A DNA stretch of 60,561 bases, the filler included. It is 10 parts of 10 records of this genome, joined end to end, with 100 filler letters (N's around TTAATTAATTAA, not from the genome) between each part and the next. Parts side by side here need not be neighbours in the genome. Positions count along the whole stretch, not along the records: positions 18,272 to 23,343 come from SRR31147125_303399; positions 23,444 to 29,061 come from SRR31147125_304120; 8 more parts are not named here. One strand, 5' to 3'. How positions within the stretch are numbered: the stretch's first letter is position 1; each line of letters opens with the position of its first letter. This document shows positions 19,451 through 29,161 of this stretch, piece by piece. The notes beneath the pieces are model-generated. The model worked only from the letters and a program-made list of their open reading frames with translations. It was not told the origin of the DNA and did no database searches. A program made the translations under genes and the position numbers.

Positions 19451-19534
19451 AGTGACGAAAAGTATTAACATAACATATTAAATACACTGAATTTAGTTTT
19501 TTTTATTTGGTGTATTCATTCAAAAGGAAATAAA

Positions 19535-20041
19535 GTGAAACGTCTTCTACTTATCATCGACTCAATCAGCGAGTGGAGTGGAAAGTTGATCAGCGGTTTT
19601 GTCTTCTTTCTGGCTTTTTTTCTCTTGTATGATGTCGTCATGCGATTTGCATTCAACGCACCAACCATCTGGTGTCATGAACTGTCACTGCACATTTTCG
19701 GTGCTTATGCCGTAATTGCCGGTCCCTACGCCCTTCTGCACGATGAGCATGTCAAAATCGATATCGTCTACAATCAGTTCTCTCCCAGGGGACGCGCGAT
19801 TATCGATGCCGTCACTTACCCGATTTTCTTCATGTTTGTAGGACTATTGCTCTGGCACGGCTCACATATTGCCGTACGTTCGTTCGAGTTAAAACAGACC
19901 GTCTCTCCATCTCCATGGGCATCGCCGTTGTGGCCGGTAAAGATGACCATTCCCCTGGCTGCCCTGTTGATGCTGACCCAAGGATTGGCGCATTATGTAC
20001 GAACCCTTAACCTTGCGTTTACCGGGAAGGAATTATCATGA
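19535..20041 (+). CDS. dctQ: TRAP transporter small permease
   Basis: Four TM segments; YDVVMRFAFNAPTIW and HVKIDI. Confidence 0.92.
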   Translation: MKRLLLIIDSISEWSGKLISGFVFFLAFFLLYDVVMRFAFNAPTIWCHELSLHIFGAYAVIAGPYALLHDEHVKIDIVYNQFSPRGRAIIDAVTYPIFFMFVGLLLWHGSHIAVRSFELKQTVSPSPWASPLWPVKMTIPLAALLMLTQGLAHYVRTLNLAFTGKELS

Positions 20042-21351
20042 GCATGTCGGAATTATTACCTGTTTTGACGCTGACCGGCGGATTGGGATTCGGCTTGATT
20101 ACCGGATTCCCCATGGCCTTTACCCTGGCCGGAAGTGCCATTATTACTGCGTTGATCTTTTTCGGCCCTCATACCCTTCCGTTCATTGCCACCAACATCT
20201 TCGGAATGATGTCCAGTATGGTGCTCATTGCCATGCCTCTGTTTATTTTGATGGCCTGTCTACTGGAAAAATCCGGTGTGGCTGAAGATCTCTATGCCTT
20301 CATGTATCAGGCACTGGGGCCGGTCAGAGGCGGATTATCCATGGGAACGGTGCTGATTTGTGCCCTTATTGCCGCCATGTCTGGTGTGACAACCACTGCA
20401 GTAGTGACCATGGGCATTATTGCACTGCCCATCATGTTAAAACAGGGATATCACAAAAGCATTGCCATCGGCCCTATTCTGGCCGGCGGGGCATTAGGGC
20501 TTCTCATTCCTCCGAGTATCTCCCTTATTGTTTACGGAATGGTTGCCAGGGTATCCATTGGAAAACTGTTCGCCGGTGGGCTTGTTCCCGGTCTTATCCT
20601 GGTTTTCATGTTTATGGTTTATATTGGAATCAGAAGCTTCTTACAGCCGACGTATGCGCCGGCACTGCCGCCGGAAAAGCGAATCCCTTTTAAGGAATTG
20701 CTTTTGTTGGCCAAGGGATTGATCCTTCCCATCGGTGTGGTGGGTGCGGTTCTGGGGACCATTTTTGCAGGAATTGCATCGCCTACGGAAGCGGCGGCTG
20801 TCGGTGTTGCCGGTGCCCTGCTTAGTGCTATCATCAACCGTAAATTGTCCTGGACCATGCTCAGCGAGGCAGCAAGACGAACCATGGGGATCACCGGCAT
20901 GATCATGTGGATTCTCTTTGGTGCGGCCTGTTTTACCAGCATTTTTTTCCGAACCGGAGGACAGGATCTTATCTCAGATCTTCTGCTTGGACTGGACAAT
21001 CCTGCCTTGATCTTCGGTTTTATATTGGTCACACTGATCGTTCTTGGATTTTTCCTGGATGAAATCACCCAGGTGATGATCACGGTTCCGGTATTTTTAC
21101 CTATCATTGTTGAATTGGGGTATGATCCGGTATGGTTCGGCGTACTTTTCATGACCCAGGTGCAGATGGATTATCTGACGCCTCCATTTGGTTTTACCCT
21201 CTTTTACATGAAAGGGGTGGCTCCTCCTGAGGTGTCCATGGCGGATATTTACCGCTCCATCCTACCGTTTGTTTTGATACAGCTGGCTGTGGTTGTTTTT
21301 ATTCTTCTCAATCCCAAAGTCGTGATGTGGCTTCCGAATCTTCTATTTTAA
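20038..21351 (+). CDS. dctM: TRAP transporter large permease
   Basis: LGLLIPPSI, ASPTEAAAVG and YLTPPFGFTLFY. Confidence 0.95.
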   Translation: MSMSELLPVLTLTGGLGFGLITGFPMAFTLAGSAIITALIFFGPHTLPFIATNIFGMMSSMVLIAMPLFILMACLLEKSGVAEDLYAFMYQALGPVRGGLSMGTVLICALIAAMSGVTTTAVVTMGIIALPIMLKQGYHKSIAIGPILAGGALGLLIPPSISLIVYGMVARVSIGKLFAGGLVPGLILVFMFMVYIGIRSFLQPTYAPALPPEKRIPFKELLLLAKGLILPIGVVGAVLGTIFAGIASPTEAAAVGVAGALLSAIINRKLSWTMLSEAARRTMGITGMIMWILFGAACFTSIFFRTGGQDLISDLLLGLDNPALIFGFILVTLIVLGFFLDEITQVMITVPVFLPIIVELGYDPVWFGVLFMTQVQMDYLTPPFGFTLFYMKGVAPPEVSMADIYRSILPFVLIQLAVVVFILLNPKVVMWLPNLLF

Positions 21352-21398
21352 GAACGGGACAAACGGAAGCCGTATGTGATCGGACATGCCTTGAAGGC

Positions 21399-21425
21399 TT
21401 GACAAAGCCGGCCATTGAGCTCAAT
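21399..21425 (+). promoter_or_regulatory. Possible aor promoter/operator
   Basis: TTGACA at 21399-21404 and a perfect 12-bp palindrome ATTGAGCTCAAT at 21414-21425, upstream of the aor RBS; no clear -10 box. Confidence 0.3.
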
Positions 21426-21478
21426 CTATTTGTTGGATGTGGTGAAACATGTCAAAAACCTGGAAAATGAGGTGCACT

Positions 21479-23323
21479 ATGAAAGGATGGATAGGAAAAA
21501 TTCTTCGTGTCGATTTGACGACGGGGGTAATACACGATGAGGCGTTGGAGCATCAGGTTGCCAAAGACTATATCGGCGGCAGAGGTATTGGGATCTATTA
21601 TCTCAACAAGGAGATGGATCCCAAAAGCGATCCCCTCTCTCCGGAGAATCTGATGGTGATGATGACAGGCCCCCTGACGGGAACCGGCGCCCCCACGGGC
21701 GCAAGGTATATGGTCATGACAAAATCTCCGTTGACCGGGGCCGTGACCTGCTCCAACTCCGGCGGGCAGATGCCCAGAGACATGAAACGGGCCGGGTATG
21801 ATGGGATTATCTTTAAGGGGAAATCGGAAAAGCCGGTATATCTCTGGATTGATAACGGAAAAGCCGAGCTGAAAGACGCGTCGCACATCTGGGGAAAGAC
21901 CGTTCCGGAAACCACGGATCTTCTGTTGGCTGAAACCGACCCCAAAGCACGGGTGGCCTGCATTGGTCCGGCCGGAGAGAATCTAGTGCTTTTCGCCGGG
22001 ATCATGAATGAGAAACATCGTGCCGCAGGTCGATCCGGGGTGGGGGCGGTTATGGGCTCTAAAAATCTAAAAGCAGTGGTGCTTGCCGGAAAAGACAACA
22101 TTCCCCTGGCCCATCCTGAGGATTTTAAGAGATTTAATCGAACCATTTTGGATCAGTACACCAGTGATGCAAAAAAAACACCTGTGGGGCTCACCATCAA
22201 TGGAACCGCCGGTGTTGTCGCCGTTACCCAGGAAAAAGGAATCCTTCCCACGAAAAACTGGCAACAAGGGGAGTTCGACGGATGGGAAGATATCCAGGGG
22301 ACGACCCTCACCAAGAAGTATCTTGTGAAAAACAAGGGATGCTTCGGATGTCCCATCAAGTGTGCCAGACTTACCAAGGTGTCGGAGCCCGGCTTTGAAG
22401 GGCAAGGCGAGGGGCCTGAATACGAGACGGTCTACGCCATGGGCTCCAACTGCATGATCGACAATCTGGCAGCCATCACCAAAGCCAACTATCTATGTAA
22501 TGAACTGGGGATGGATACCATCACCATGGGGGCCACGGTGGCCAGCGCCATGGAGCTGGTGGATCGCGGAATTTTGAGTGAAGCCGAGGTCGGCAGATCC
22601 CTGAAGTGGGGGGATGGTGAAGCTCTGGTGGAATTGACCCGGCAAACAGCGTATCGAGAAGGCTTCGGAGATAAACTGGCAGATGCCAGTTATCGAATGT
22701 GCGCATCCTATGGTCATCCGGAACTGGCCATGGTCTCCAAAAAACAAGAGTTCCCCGGCTATGAGCCCCGGGGATCCAAGGCCATGGGACTGGCCTATGC
22801 CACTTCTCCCATTGGAGGATCGCACATGCGAGGGGATCCGGCGTATTTCGAGATTTTCGGCACCACCTTTTCCATGGATCCTTTGAGTACCAAAGGGAAG
22901 GCCGGCCCGACAAAGCGAATCCAGGATCTGTCGGCCATTGTGGATGCTGCAGGGCTATGCATCTTCTTTGGTGCCAGAATGCTTGCCGAAAAAGACAGCC
23001 GCATGGCACCCGTCGGGATGTTGACCTATCTCAACACCGCCACCGGTGCCGATTACACGATTGAAGAGCTGATCCAGGCTGCCGAGCGCATCGTCAATGC
23101 CGAACGCATGTTTCTTGTCAAGGCAGGATTTGACAGAAAGGATGACTCGCTTCCCAAACGCATTACCGATGACCCCATGCCCTCAGGACCTGCAAAGGGG
23201 GAAGTGTGCGATCTTCAAACCATGCTCGATGAGTATTATGACGTACAAGGATGGGATAACAACGGTATTCCCAAAGTGGAAACCCTCCGAAAGCTTGGAT
23301 TGTCGGATCTTGATGCGGCATGA
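21479..23323 (+). CDS. aor: Aldehyde:ferredoxin oxidoreductase family (tungsten/molybdo-pterin)
   Basis: MKGWIGKILRVDL, KSPLTG, AAGRSGVGAVMGSKNLKA, CFGCPIKC, EGPEYET, GMDTITMG and DAAGLCIF; RBS GAGG before ATG 21479. Confidence 0.93.
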   Translation: MKGWIGKILRVDLTTGVIHDEALEHQVAKDYIGGRGIGIYYLNKEMDPKSDPLSPENLMVMMTGPLTGTGAPTGARYMVMTKSPLTGAVTCSNSGGQMPRDMKRAGYDGIIFKGKSEKPVYLWIDNGKAELKDASHIWGKTVPETTDLLLAETDPKARVACIGPAGENLVLFAGIMNEKHRAAGRSGVGAVMGSKNLKAVVLAGKDNIPLAHPEDFKRFNRTILDQYTSDAKKTPVGLTINGTAGVVAVTQEKGILPTKNWQQGEFDGWEDIQGTTLTKKYLVKNKGCFGCPIKCARLTKVSEPGFEGQGEGPEYETVYAMGSNCMIDNLAAITKANYLCNELGMDTITMGATVASAMELVDRGILSEAEVGRSLKWGDGEALVELTRQTAYREGFGDKLADASYRMCASYGHPELAMVSKKQEFPGYEPRGSKAMGLAYATSPIGGSHMRGDPAYFEIFGTTFSMDPLSTKGKAGPTKRIQDLSAIVDAAGLCIFFGARMLAEKDSRMAPVGMLTYLNTATGADYTIEELIQAAERIVNAERMFLVKAGFDRKDDSLPKRITDDPMPSGPAKGEVCDLQTMLDEYYDVQGWDNNGIPKVETLRKLGLSDLDAA

Positions 23324-23510
23324 ATGGGACCGGGCTCAAGCCGNNNNNNNNNNNNNNNNNNNNNNNNNNNNNNNNNNNNNNNNNNNNTTAATTAATTAAN
23401 NNNNNNNNNNNNNNNNNNNNNNNNNNNNNNNNNNNNNNNNNNNAAGGTCTTGATTGTTTTGCGCATACATGATCTGGACGAACTACGACGACGGAATATT
23501 CCTTTAGCGC

Positions 23511-24933
23511 CTAGAACTGGAAGTAGATGAAAGGAGTGACCTCGGTGAGGGCGAGCTGGCGCAGGAGCACGAGGGTTCCCACCAGAAGCGCCGCCTGAGC
23601 CGGGGCGGGCACCTTGTGGAAGAACCTCTGGGCTGCCTGGGCCGCCACGTCGGGAATCCAGTGAAGCGCAACGGCCGCTGAGAGAATAAACAAGGGTGCA
23701 AGGGTCAAGTTGGCGGTGCCCATGTCGAAGGAGCCCAAGGCCTGGAAGACAGCGAATGCCTGCTCGAAATCCGCGGCGCGAAAGAAGACCCAGGCGGCGC
23801 ACACCACGTGAAAAGTGATGAACACCCCCACTCCTTTGCGTACGCCGGCTGGGATGGACTCCAGGAATCCCAGCCGCTGTATCACCCGAGTGAGCACCAG
23901 TGCCAACCCGTGGATGAGCCCCCAAAACACGAAATTGACAGACGCGCCGTGCCACAAGCCGCCCAAGAGCATGGTGGTCATAAGGGCCACATAAGTGAGC
24001 GCAGCCCCATTCCTGGAGCCGCCCAAGGGAATGTACAGGTAATCCCGAAGCCACGTGGACAAGGAGATGTGCCAGCGCTGCCAAAATTCCCGGAGATTTG
24101 ACGCGGTGTACGGGGCGTTGAAGTTCAAGGGGAGCTTGAAACCCAGCAAGGCGGCTGAACCGATGGCGATATCCGAGTAGGCGGAGAAATCGGCGTAGAT
24201 CTGAAAAGCGTAACCATACACCGCTCCAAGGGTCTCCACAGAGGAGTACATGTCCGGATTCGAGAACACGGGATCCACCAGGTGGGCGCCCAGGAAGTCG
24301 GCGATGGCAATCTTCTTAACCAGGCCGACACCGATGAGCCTAAGTGCGCGGGTTCCCTCCTCAGACACCAGGGACGGCCGCGCCGAAAGCTGGGGCAGGA
24401 GGTGACTGGCGCGAACGATGGGGCCCGCAACAAGTTGGGGGAAGAAAGAGACAAAGAGCAGGTAGTCCGGATAGTTGCGCACGGGCTCCAGACGGCGGCG
24501 GTAAACATCGATTGTGTAGCTCAGAGTCTGGAAGGTGTAAAAAGAGATTCCCACCGGCAAGAGCACGTTCAAAACAAAAGGATCCAACCTGATACCCACC
24601 AGCAGCGCCAGGTCCGCCAGGGATTCGGAGAAGAAGTTGAAGTACTTGAAGACGCACAAAATACCCAGGTTCACCGCAACGCTCAGGGCCAAAAAGACCC
24701 TTCCTCCCCCTCTCTCGCTTCACCTTCGCCAGGCCCCGCCCTATGAGGTAGTCCATGGACGACGACAAAAAAATGAGGGAGAGGTAGCGCACCGACCAGC
24801 AACCGTAGAAGAAGTAGCTCACTCCCAGCAAAAAAAGGTTCTTGGGGGTCTTCGAGTTCGTGCGGGCTAGAAGCCAATAACCCGCGAAAGCACACACCAG
24901 AAGGAGGCCGTACTCCGCTGAGTTAAAGAGCAT
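23511..24933 (-). CDS. MBOAT O-acyltransferase (PatA/AlgI family; apparent frameshift near 24690)
   Basis: MLFNSAEY, LPVGISFYTFQ, FFPQLVAGPI, FWQRWHISLS, GGLWHGA and C-terminal PFIYFQF. Confidence 0.93.
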
Positions 24934-25572
24934 GGTCGTTTCGCGTCTTCTTTGGGCGGTTGTTGGGGTCGTTCATCCAGTCCCAGACCTGGGCGGCCCA
25001 GACCTCGCCCTCCTTGCGCGTCAGATGAAACTTGCCCTTGGGACGAGGGGGAATTCCAGCGGACGGGAGTCGAAGTACCGACAATCGCCGCAGGCCCGCT
25101 TAAGGTGACCGTTGAAATCGTTTTTGTCCTCCAAAAGAGGGGGCGGTCCTATCCAGTAGCACTGACGTGGGCCTATTCGATTGACCACCTTCTTGACCCA
25201 CGTAGCGTAGACTTGCGGGTTTGGGTGGTGCATGGCGTTCGTACCCAAAGTGACGATCACCGCGTGGGGCGCGTATCCTCTCAAGAGCCGAGCCAGCTTC
25301 CCGGAGACGATCCACGATTTGGCCCTGGAGCCCACCCAGCCCTCAAGCCTGTAGTTGGCGTCTGCGCTTTTGAACCGTCGACGCAGGCCGTTAGATAACC
25401 CGGCAAAAACCTGGGAGTCGCCGATATGCAGTACGCGGAAATTTTCCCAGTCGAAGGGTGACGGATAGACCTCCTCCGGATCGGGTAGGTCCGATGGCTT
25501 CCAGTCGGCAGTGGTGGCCGCAGCAAGGGTTACCAGAGTGATCAGAATGAGGATTTGAATTATTGGGCGCAC
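24923..25572 (-). CDS. Secreted SGNH/GDSL hydrolase (PatB-like; apparent frameshift near 25050)
   Basis: Signal peptide, RVLHIGDS, VTLGTN and WIGPP. A frame change at a C run gives ...KGKFHLTRKEGEVWAAQVW...DHAL*, overlapping the MBOAT start. Confidence 0.75.
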
Positions 25573-25694
25573 GCCTTCTTTAAACCCAAAGCACGGAACT
25601 TGCCAAGGGTGCTCAGATAGCCTACATTGAGCACATGGTACGACATGTAGGAAAATGTAACTTCGATTCTCCTGAACCCAGAACCTACGGATTC

Positions 25695-27073
25695 ATGCTG
25701 ATCATGTTCCTCGTGGGCCTCCTCGCAGTCTCATGTCCGGTGCTTCGGGAGACCTCCGGCGGACTGGCGTCCAGCGAAGCGTACATCTCCAACGACACTG
25801 ATCTCGACTCCCCTGATTCCGATGCCGCAGACGAAGCCGGTGGAGCAGACGCCGGCGATGACGTTCTGGTGGAGGAGATCCGTGAAGGACGAGAGGTTCC
25901 GTTCTCCCGCGGCCCCCTCTCGAACTTCTTCGAGGCCTTCGAATACGCCAAGGAATCCGGGGAGGACTCGTGAGGGTCTTGCACTACGGCGATTCACACA
26001 CTGCCGCAGACTTTCTGACAACCGCCATCCGCCGCACCTTGCAAGACGAGTTGGGGGACGGTGGCCGAGGCTTCGTTCTCATGGGCGACCCGTGGAACGC
26101 CTACGCCCCCAAGGACACCAAGGTGGGCTCATACGGCAACTGGACAACCGAGCGAATCCTCGTGGCTGCGGATCCCACCACCCTGGATGGGATGTACGGA
26201 CTAGGGGGGATCTGCGCCAAAAGCGAAGAAGCCGGTGCCGGCAGCTGGGTTTCCACCACCAGGGCATCAGGCTACGGACGCTGGGCGGACTCCTTCGAGG
26301 TCTTCTACCTGACGAGACCTGGAGGAGGGAGCTTCGACATCCTCGTGGACGGCCGAATCCATCTGACGGTTGACACCAACGGACCGAGGTTGAAGTCGGG
26401 CTTCGCAAAGGTCCAGGTGAAAAGAGGAGAGCACAAATTCGAAGTTAGAGTGAAGGGGGACGGTCAAGTGCGATTCTTCGGCGCGGCAATGGAGGACAGC
26501 CGTGGGCCGGGCCTGGTATACGATACCCTGGGGGTGAACGGAGGGTTCTTCTACACACCCTTGAGATGGGACGAGGCCCTCTTGTCCGAACAAATAGCCA
26601 GGCGAGATCCGGACCTTCTGGTCACCATGTACGGCGCAAACGAAGTGGACTCGCGCACGATAGCCCCCGACACGTACAAGCAAAAGGTAGTGAAGGTCAT
26701 GGAGCGCTTCCGGGCAGGGGCCCCTGACGCATCATGTCTCATGCTGGGGCCTACGGATCGGAAGGTCGCAAGAGCTCTGGAAGACGGCACCGATCAGCTG
26801 ACCTGGATCATCGATGTGCAAAGAGAGGTGGCTGACGAGATAGGGTGCGGATTCCTGGACCTGCGGGAGATGATGGGCGGTCCGGGATCCTATGATCTGT
26901 GGTCCGCCGCCTCTCCTTCCCTGGCCCAAGGGGATGGGGTTCACCTCACCGTTCGCGGCTACAGGTTGCTGGGACAAGAGATAGCAAAGCGGTTGCTGGA
27001 GGCCTACAGAAACAGAGAGCAACAACCAGCGGGCGGGGCCATGGGCCTGTCCGTCACGGAGGACTCGATATGA
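25695..27073 (+). CDS. Ape1-like SGNH O-acetylpeptidoglycan esterase (apparent frameshift near 25960)
   Basis: RVLHYGDSHTAADFLTTAIRRTLQDELGDGGRGFV, GVNG, YGANE and DGVHLTVRGY resemble Neisseria Ape1. ORFs 25635-25973 (hydrophobic leader, possible lipobox Cys) and 25970-27073 join at a G run. Confidence 0.75.
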
Positions 27074-27405
27074 ACCTGGAAGAACTCATAACCCTCGGCT
27101 ACTGGAATACGCTCGCAAAAACTCACTTGCCGGAGTTGGTGATGATCCTCACTGCCGGTGTGGTTGCCCTGGCGGATCGCTACGTACGCAAACTCCTGGG
27201 CAAGGTCACTTCTTCCATGAACCGGGTAGCTCGCTTCTTCGTCTTCCTGCTCACCTGCTCACTTGGATACGCGGCCCTGGCCCTGGGCGTGGCGTGGGGC
27301 TTGCGGGCCGGACTCACGGTTTCCCACGGCGCCTACATGGCCCCCGCTGTTTTGGGCATCCTTCTGATCGTTGCCTTCGAAGCACAGCGCCAACGCCAGA
27401 TCTGA
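27070..27405 (+). CDS. DUF3392-like small membrane protein
   Basis: Three TM segments; start ATG 27070 overlaps the upstream stop; RVARFFVFLLTCSLGY pattern. Confidence 0.65.
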   Translation: MNLEELITLGYWNTLAKTHLPELVMILTAGVVALADRYVRKLLGKVTSSMNRVARFFVFLLTCSLGYAALALGVAWGLRAGLTVSHGAYMAPAVLGILLIVAFEAQRQRQI

Positions 27406-27480
27406 TTCCTTCCGGAAACCTTCGCTCCAACGAACTCTCTATGGTAAATAAAGAAGCAGAGGGTAGGCCTTGGAGGCCAC

Positions 27481-28572
27481 ATGGCGGCTAAGCACATTCT
27501 GGTAGCCCTTCTGGGCGCTTTGTTCATCGTCGGGTGCACCGGCGCGGACAACGGCAATAACTCGGACAACGACGCCAGCACCGACACAGACACAGATACG
27601 GACACCGACAGCGACACAGACTCGGATTCGGATGCCGACGGAGACACGGACACGGGACCGGAAGATGCCGGGGTCATCCCCATGGACTGCAGCCAATGCA
27701 ACGCAGTGGGCGACCAGGTAGCGGACATGGTCTGCGCCATTGATCTTTGCGACGCGTCCGTAGTGGATGACGCCCAGTACACCAGCCCGAGCGCCCTCCT
27801 GGACTGCACCCTCGAGGACACCTATGAGGCAGTGGACCGTTTCGGAGACGCCGCCAACGGCCTTTCGCCCAAGCTGAACGACTCCTACGCCCTCATGGGG
27901 ACGGGCCCTGTTGTCTCCACCTCCCACAACCTGGATTGCGACCAGAGCCTGGGCAACCTGGAGGACGACTTCAGCTCGGAGACCTACACCATCCACGACG
28001 TGATGAACTGGCGATTGGATCTGACCGCCCCTCAGAGTGCACAGGGGTTCCGGTTCAAGTACGTGTTCTTCTCCGAGGAATACGACGAGTTCATCGGTCA
28101 AATCTACAACGACAAGTTCTACGTCGTCCTGGAATCAGAGAACCTCAACGACGGAGATCCCACGGTGATCAACTTCACCCAGTGCCGCCAGCCGGCGGTG
28201 TACTGGGACTTCATCTGCTCCGCCGGCGACGAGGGTTGTGTTCAAGGTGAGAAGTACTGCTACGTGGCCATCAACACCGCCCTTTCAGATTGCTGCTGGT
28301 ATGAATCCTGCCCCGGAGGCTACGCCTGGAACGTGGGGACCAACATCGACGGAACCGGCTTCGGTTGCAGCGGCACGGAAGACGACGGTCCCGCCTGGGG
28401 CAGCTCAACGGGATGGCTCCAGACCAACTGGCCCATCGAGGGAGGAGAGAGCTTCTCCATCACATTCCACGTCCACGATACCAGCGACGGCATTCTCGAC
28501 TCGGCGGTCATCATCGACGCGTTCGAGTTTCTGAGGAAACCTCAAGATCCCGTGACGGTGCCAGTGGAATAG
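27481..28572 (+). CDS. Cys-rich lipoprotein with Asp-Thr/Asp-Ser linker and choice-of-anchor L-like domain
   Basis: Lipobox IVGC, (DT/DS)n repeat, FKYVFFSEEYDEFIGQIYNDKF and HDTSDGILDSAVIIDAF. Confidence 0.8.
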   Translation: MAAKHILVALLGALFIVGCTGADNGNNSDNDASTDTDTDTDTDSDTDSDSDADGDTDTGPEDAGVIPMDCSQCNAVGDQVADMVCAIDLCDASVVDDAQYTSPSALLDCTLEDTYEAVDRFGDAANGLSPKLNDSYALMGTGPVVSTSHNLDCDQSLGNLEDDFSSETYTIHDVMNWRLDLTAPQSAQGFRFKYVFFSEEYDEFIGQIYNDKFYVVLESENLNDGDPTVINFTQCRQPAVYWDFICSAGDEGCVQGEKYCYVAINTALSDCCWYESCPGGYAWNVGTNIDGTGFGCSGTEDDGPAWGSSTGWLQTNWPIEGGESFSITFHVHDTSDGILDSAVIIDAFEFLRKPQDPVTVPVE

Positions 28573-28612
28573 CGTCCCCCATCAAGCCGATGGAACTGTT
28601 AGGAAAGTGCGC

Positions 28613-29061
28613 CTACGGACAAGGCGTAGAGGATATGTGTATACGCATGACCATGTCGTAGCTCGAGCTGCTCCCTTGGCCGTCCGGGTATGGATTCGAG
28701 GTCCCGTACTGAATTCCGTTGGCTCCAGTTAGCTCCCATGTGTAGGTGCTTCCCGAAACAACCTGGAGAGGGGTAGCAAGATTGAATGTTTGCCACGGGG
28801 AGCCCCCCACGGAAGGAATGGAATAGCTCTGGGTTGCCAGCTGGATGCCGCTCACCCCGGTACCATCGTAGAAGCTCAAGCTCCCGGAGATACCCACTCC
28901 GGAAGGATCGTAAGCGTTCGGCCGAAGCTCGATAGCAGTGAGCCATCCCGCTGCGGTCGGCATAAAGGACTGCCAGGGGGGAATCAAAGTGAAATCATCG
29001 GCCTGCTCCTGAGCTATCTGGAGCACGGGATTGCAAGGCGCCCCTCCGTCCGAGCCGCCCC
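28613..29061 (-). CDS. C-terminal fragment of a probable secreted beta-sandwich protein
   Basis: Open frame to the contig edge; WQSFMPTAAG and NPYPDG; no family recognised. Confidence 0.5.
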
Positions 29062-29161
29062 NNNNNNNNNNNNNNNNNNNNNNNNNNNNNNNNNNNNNNN
29101 NNNNNTTAATTAATTAANNNNNNNNNNNNNNNNNNNNNNNNNNNNNNNNNNNNNNNNNNNN

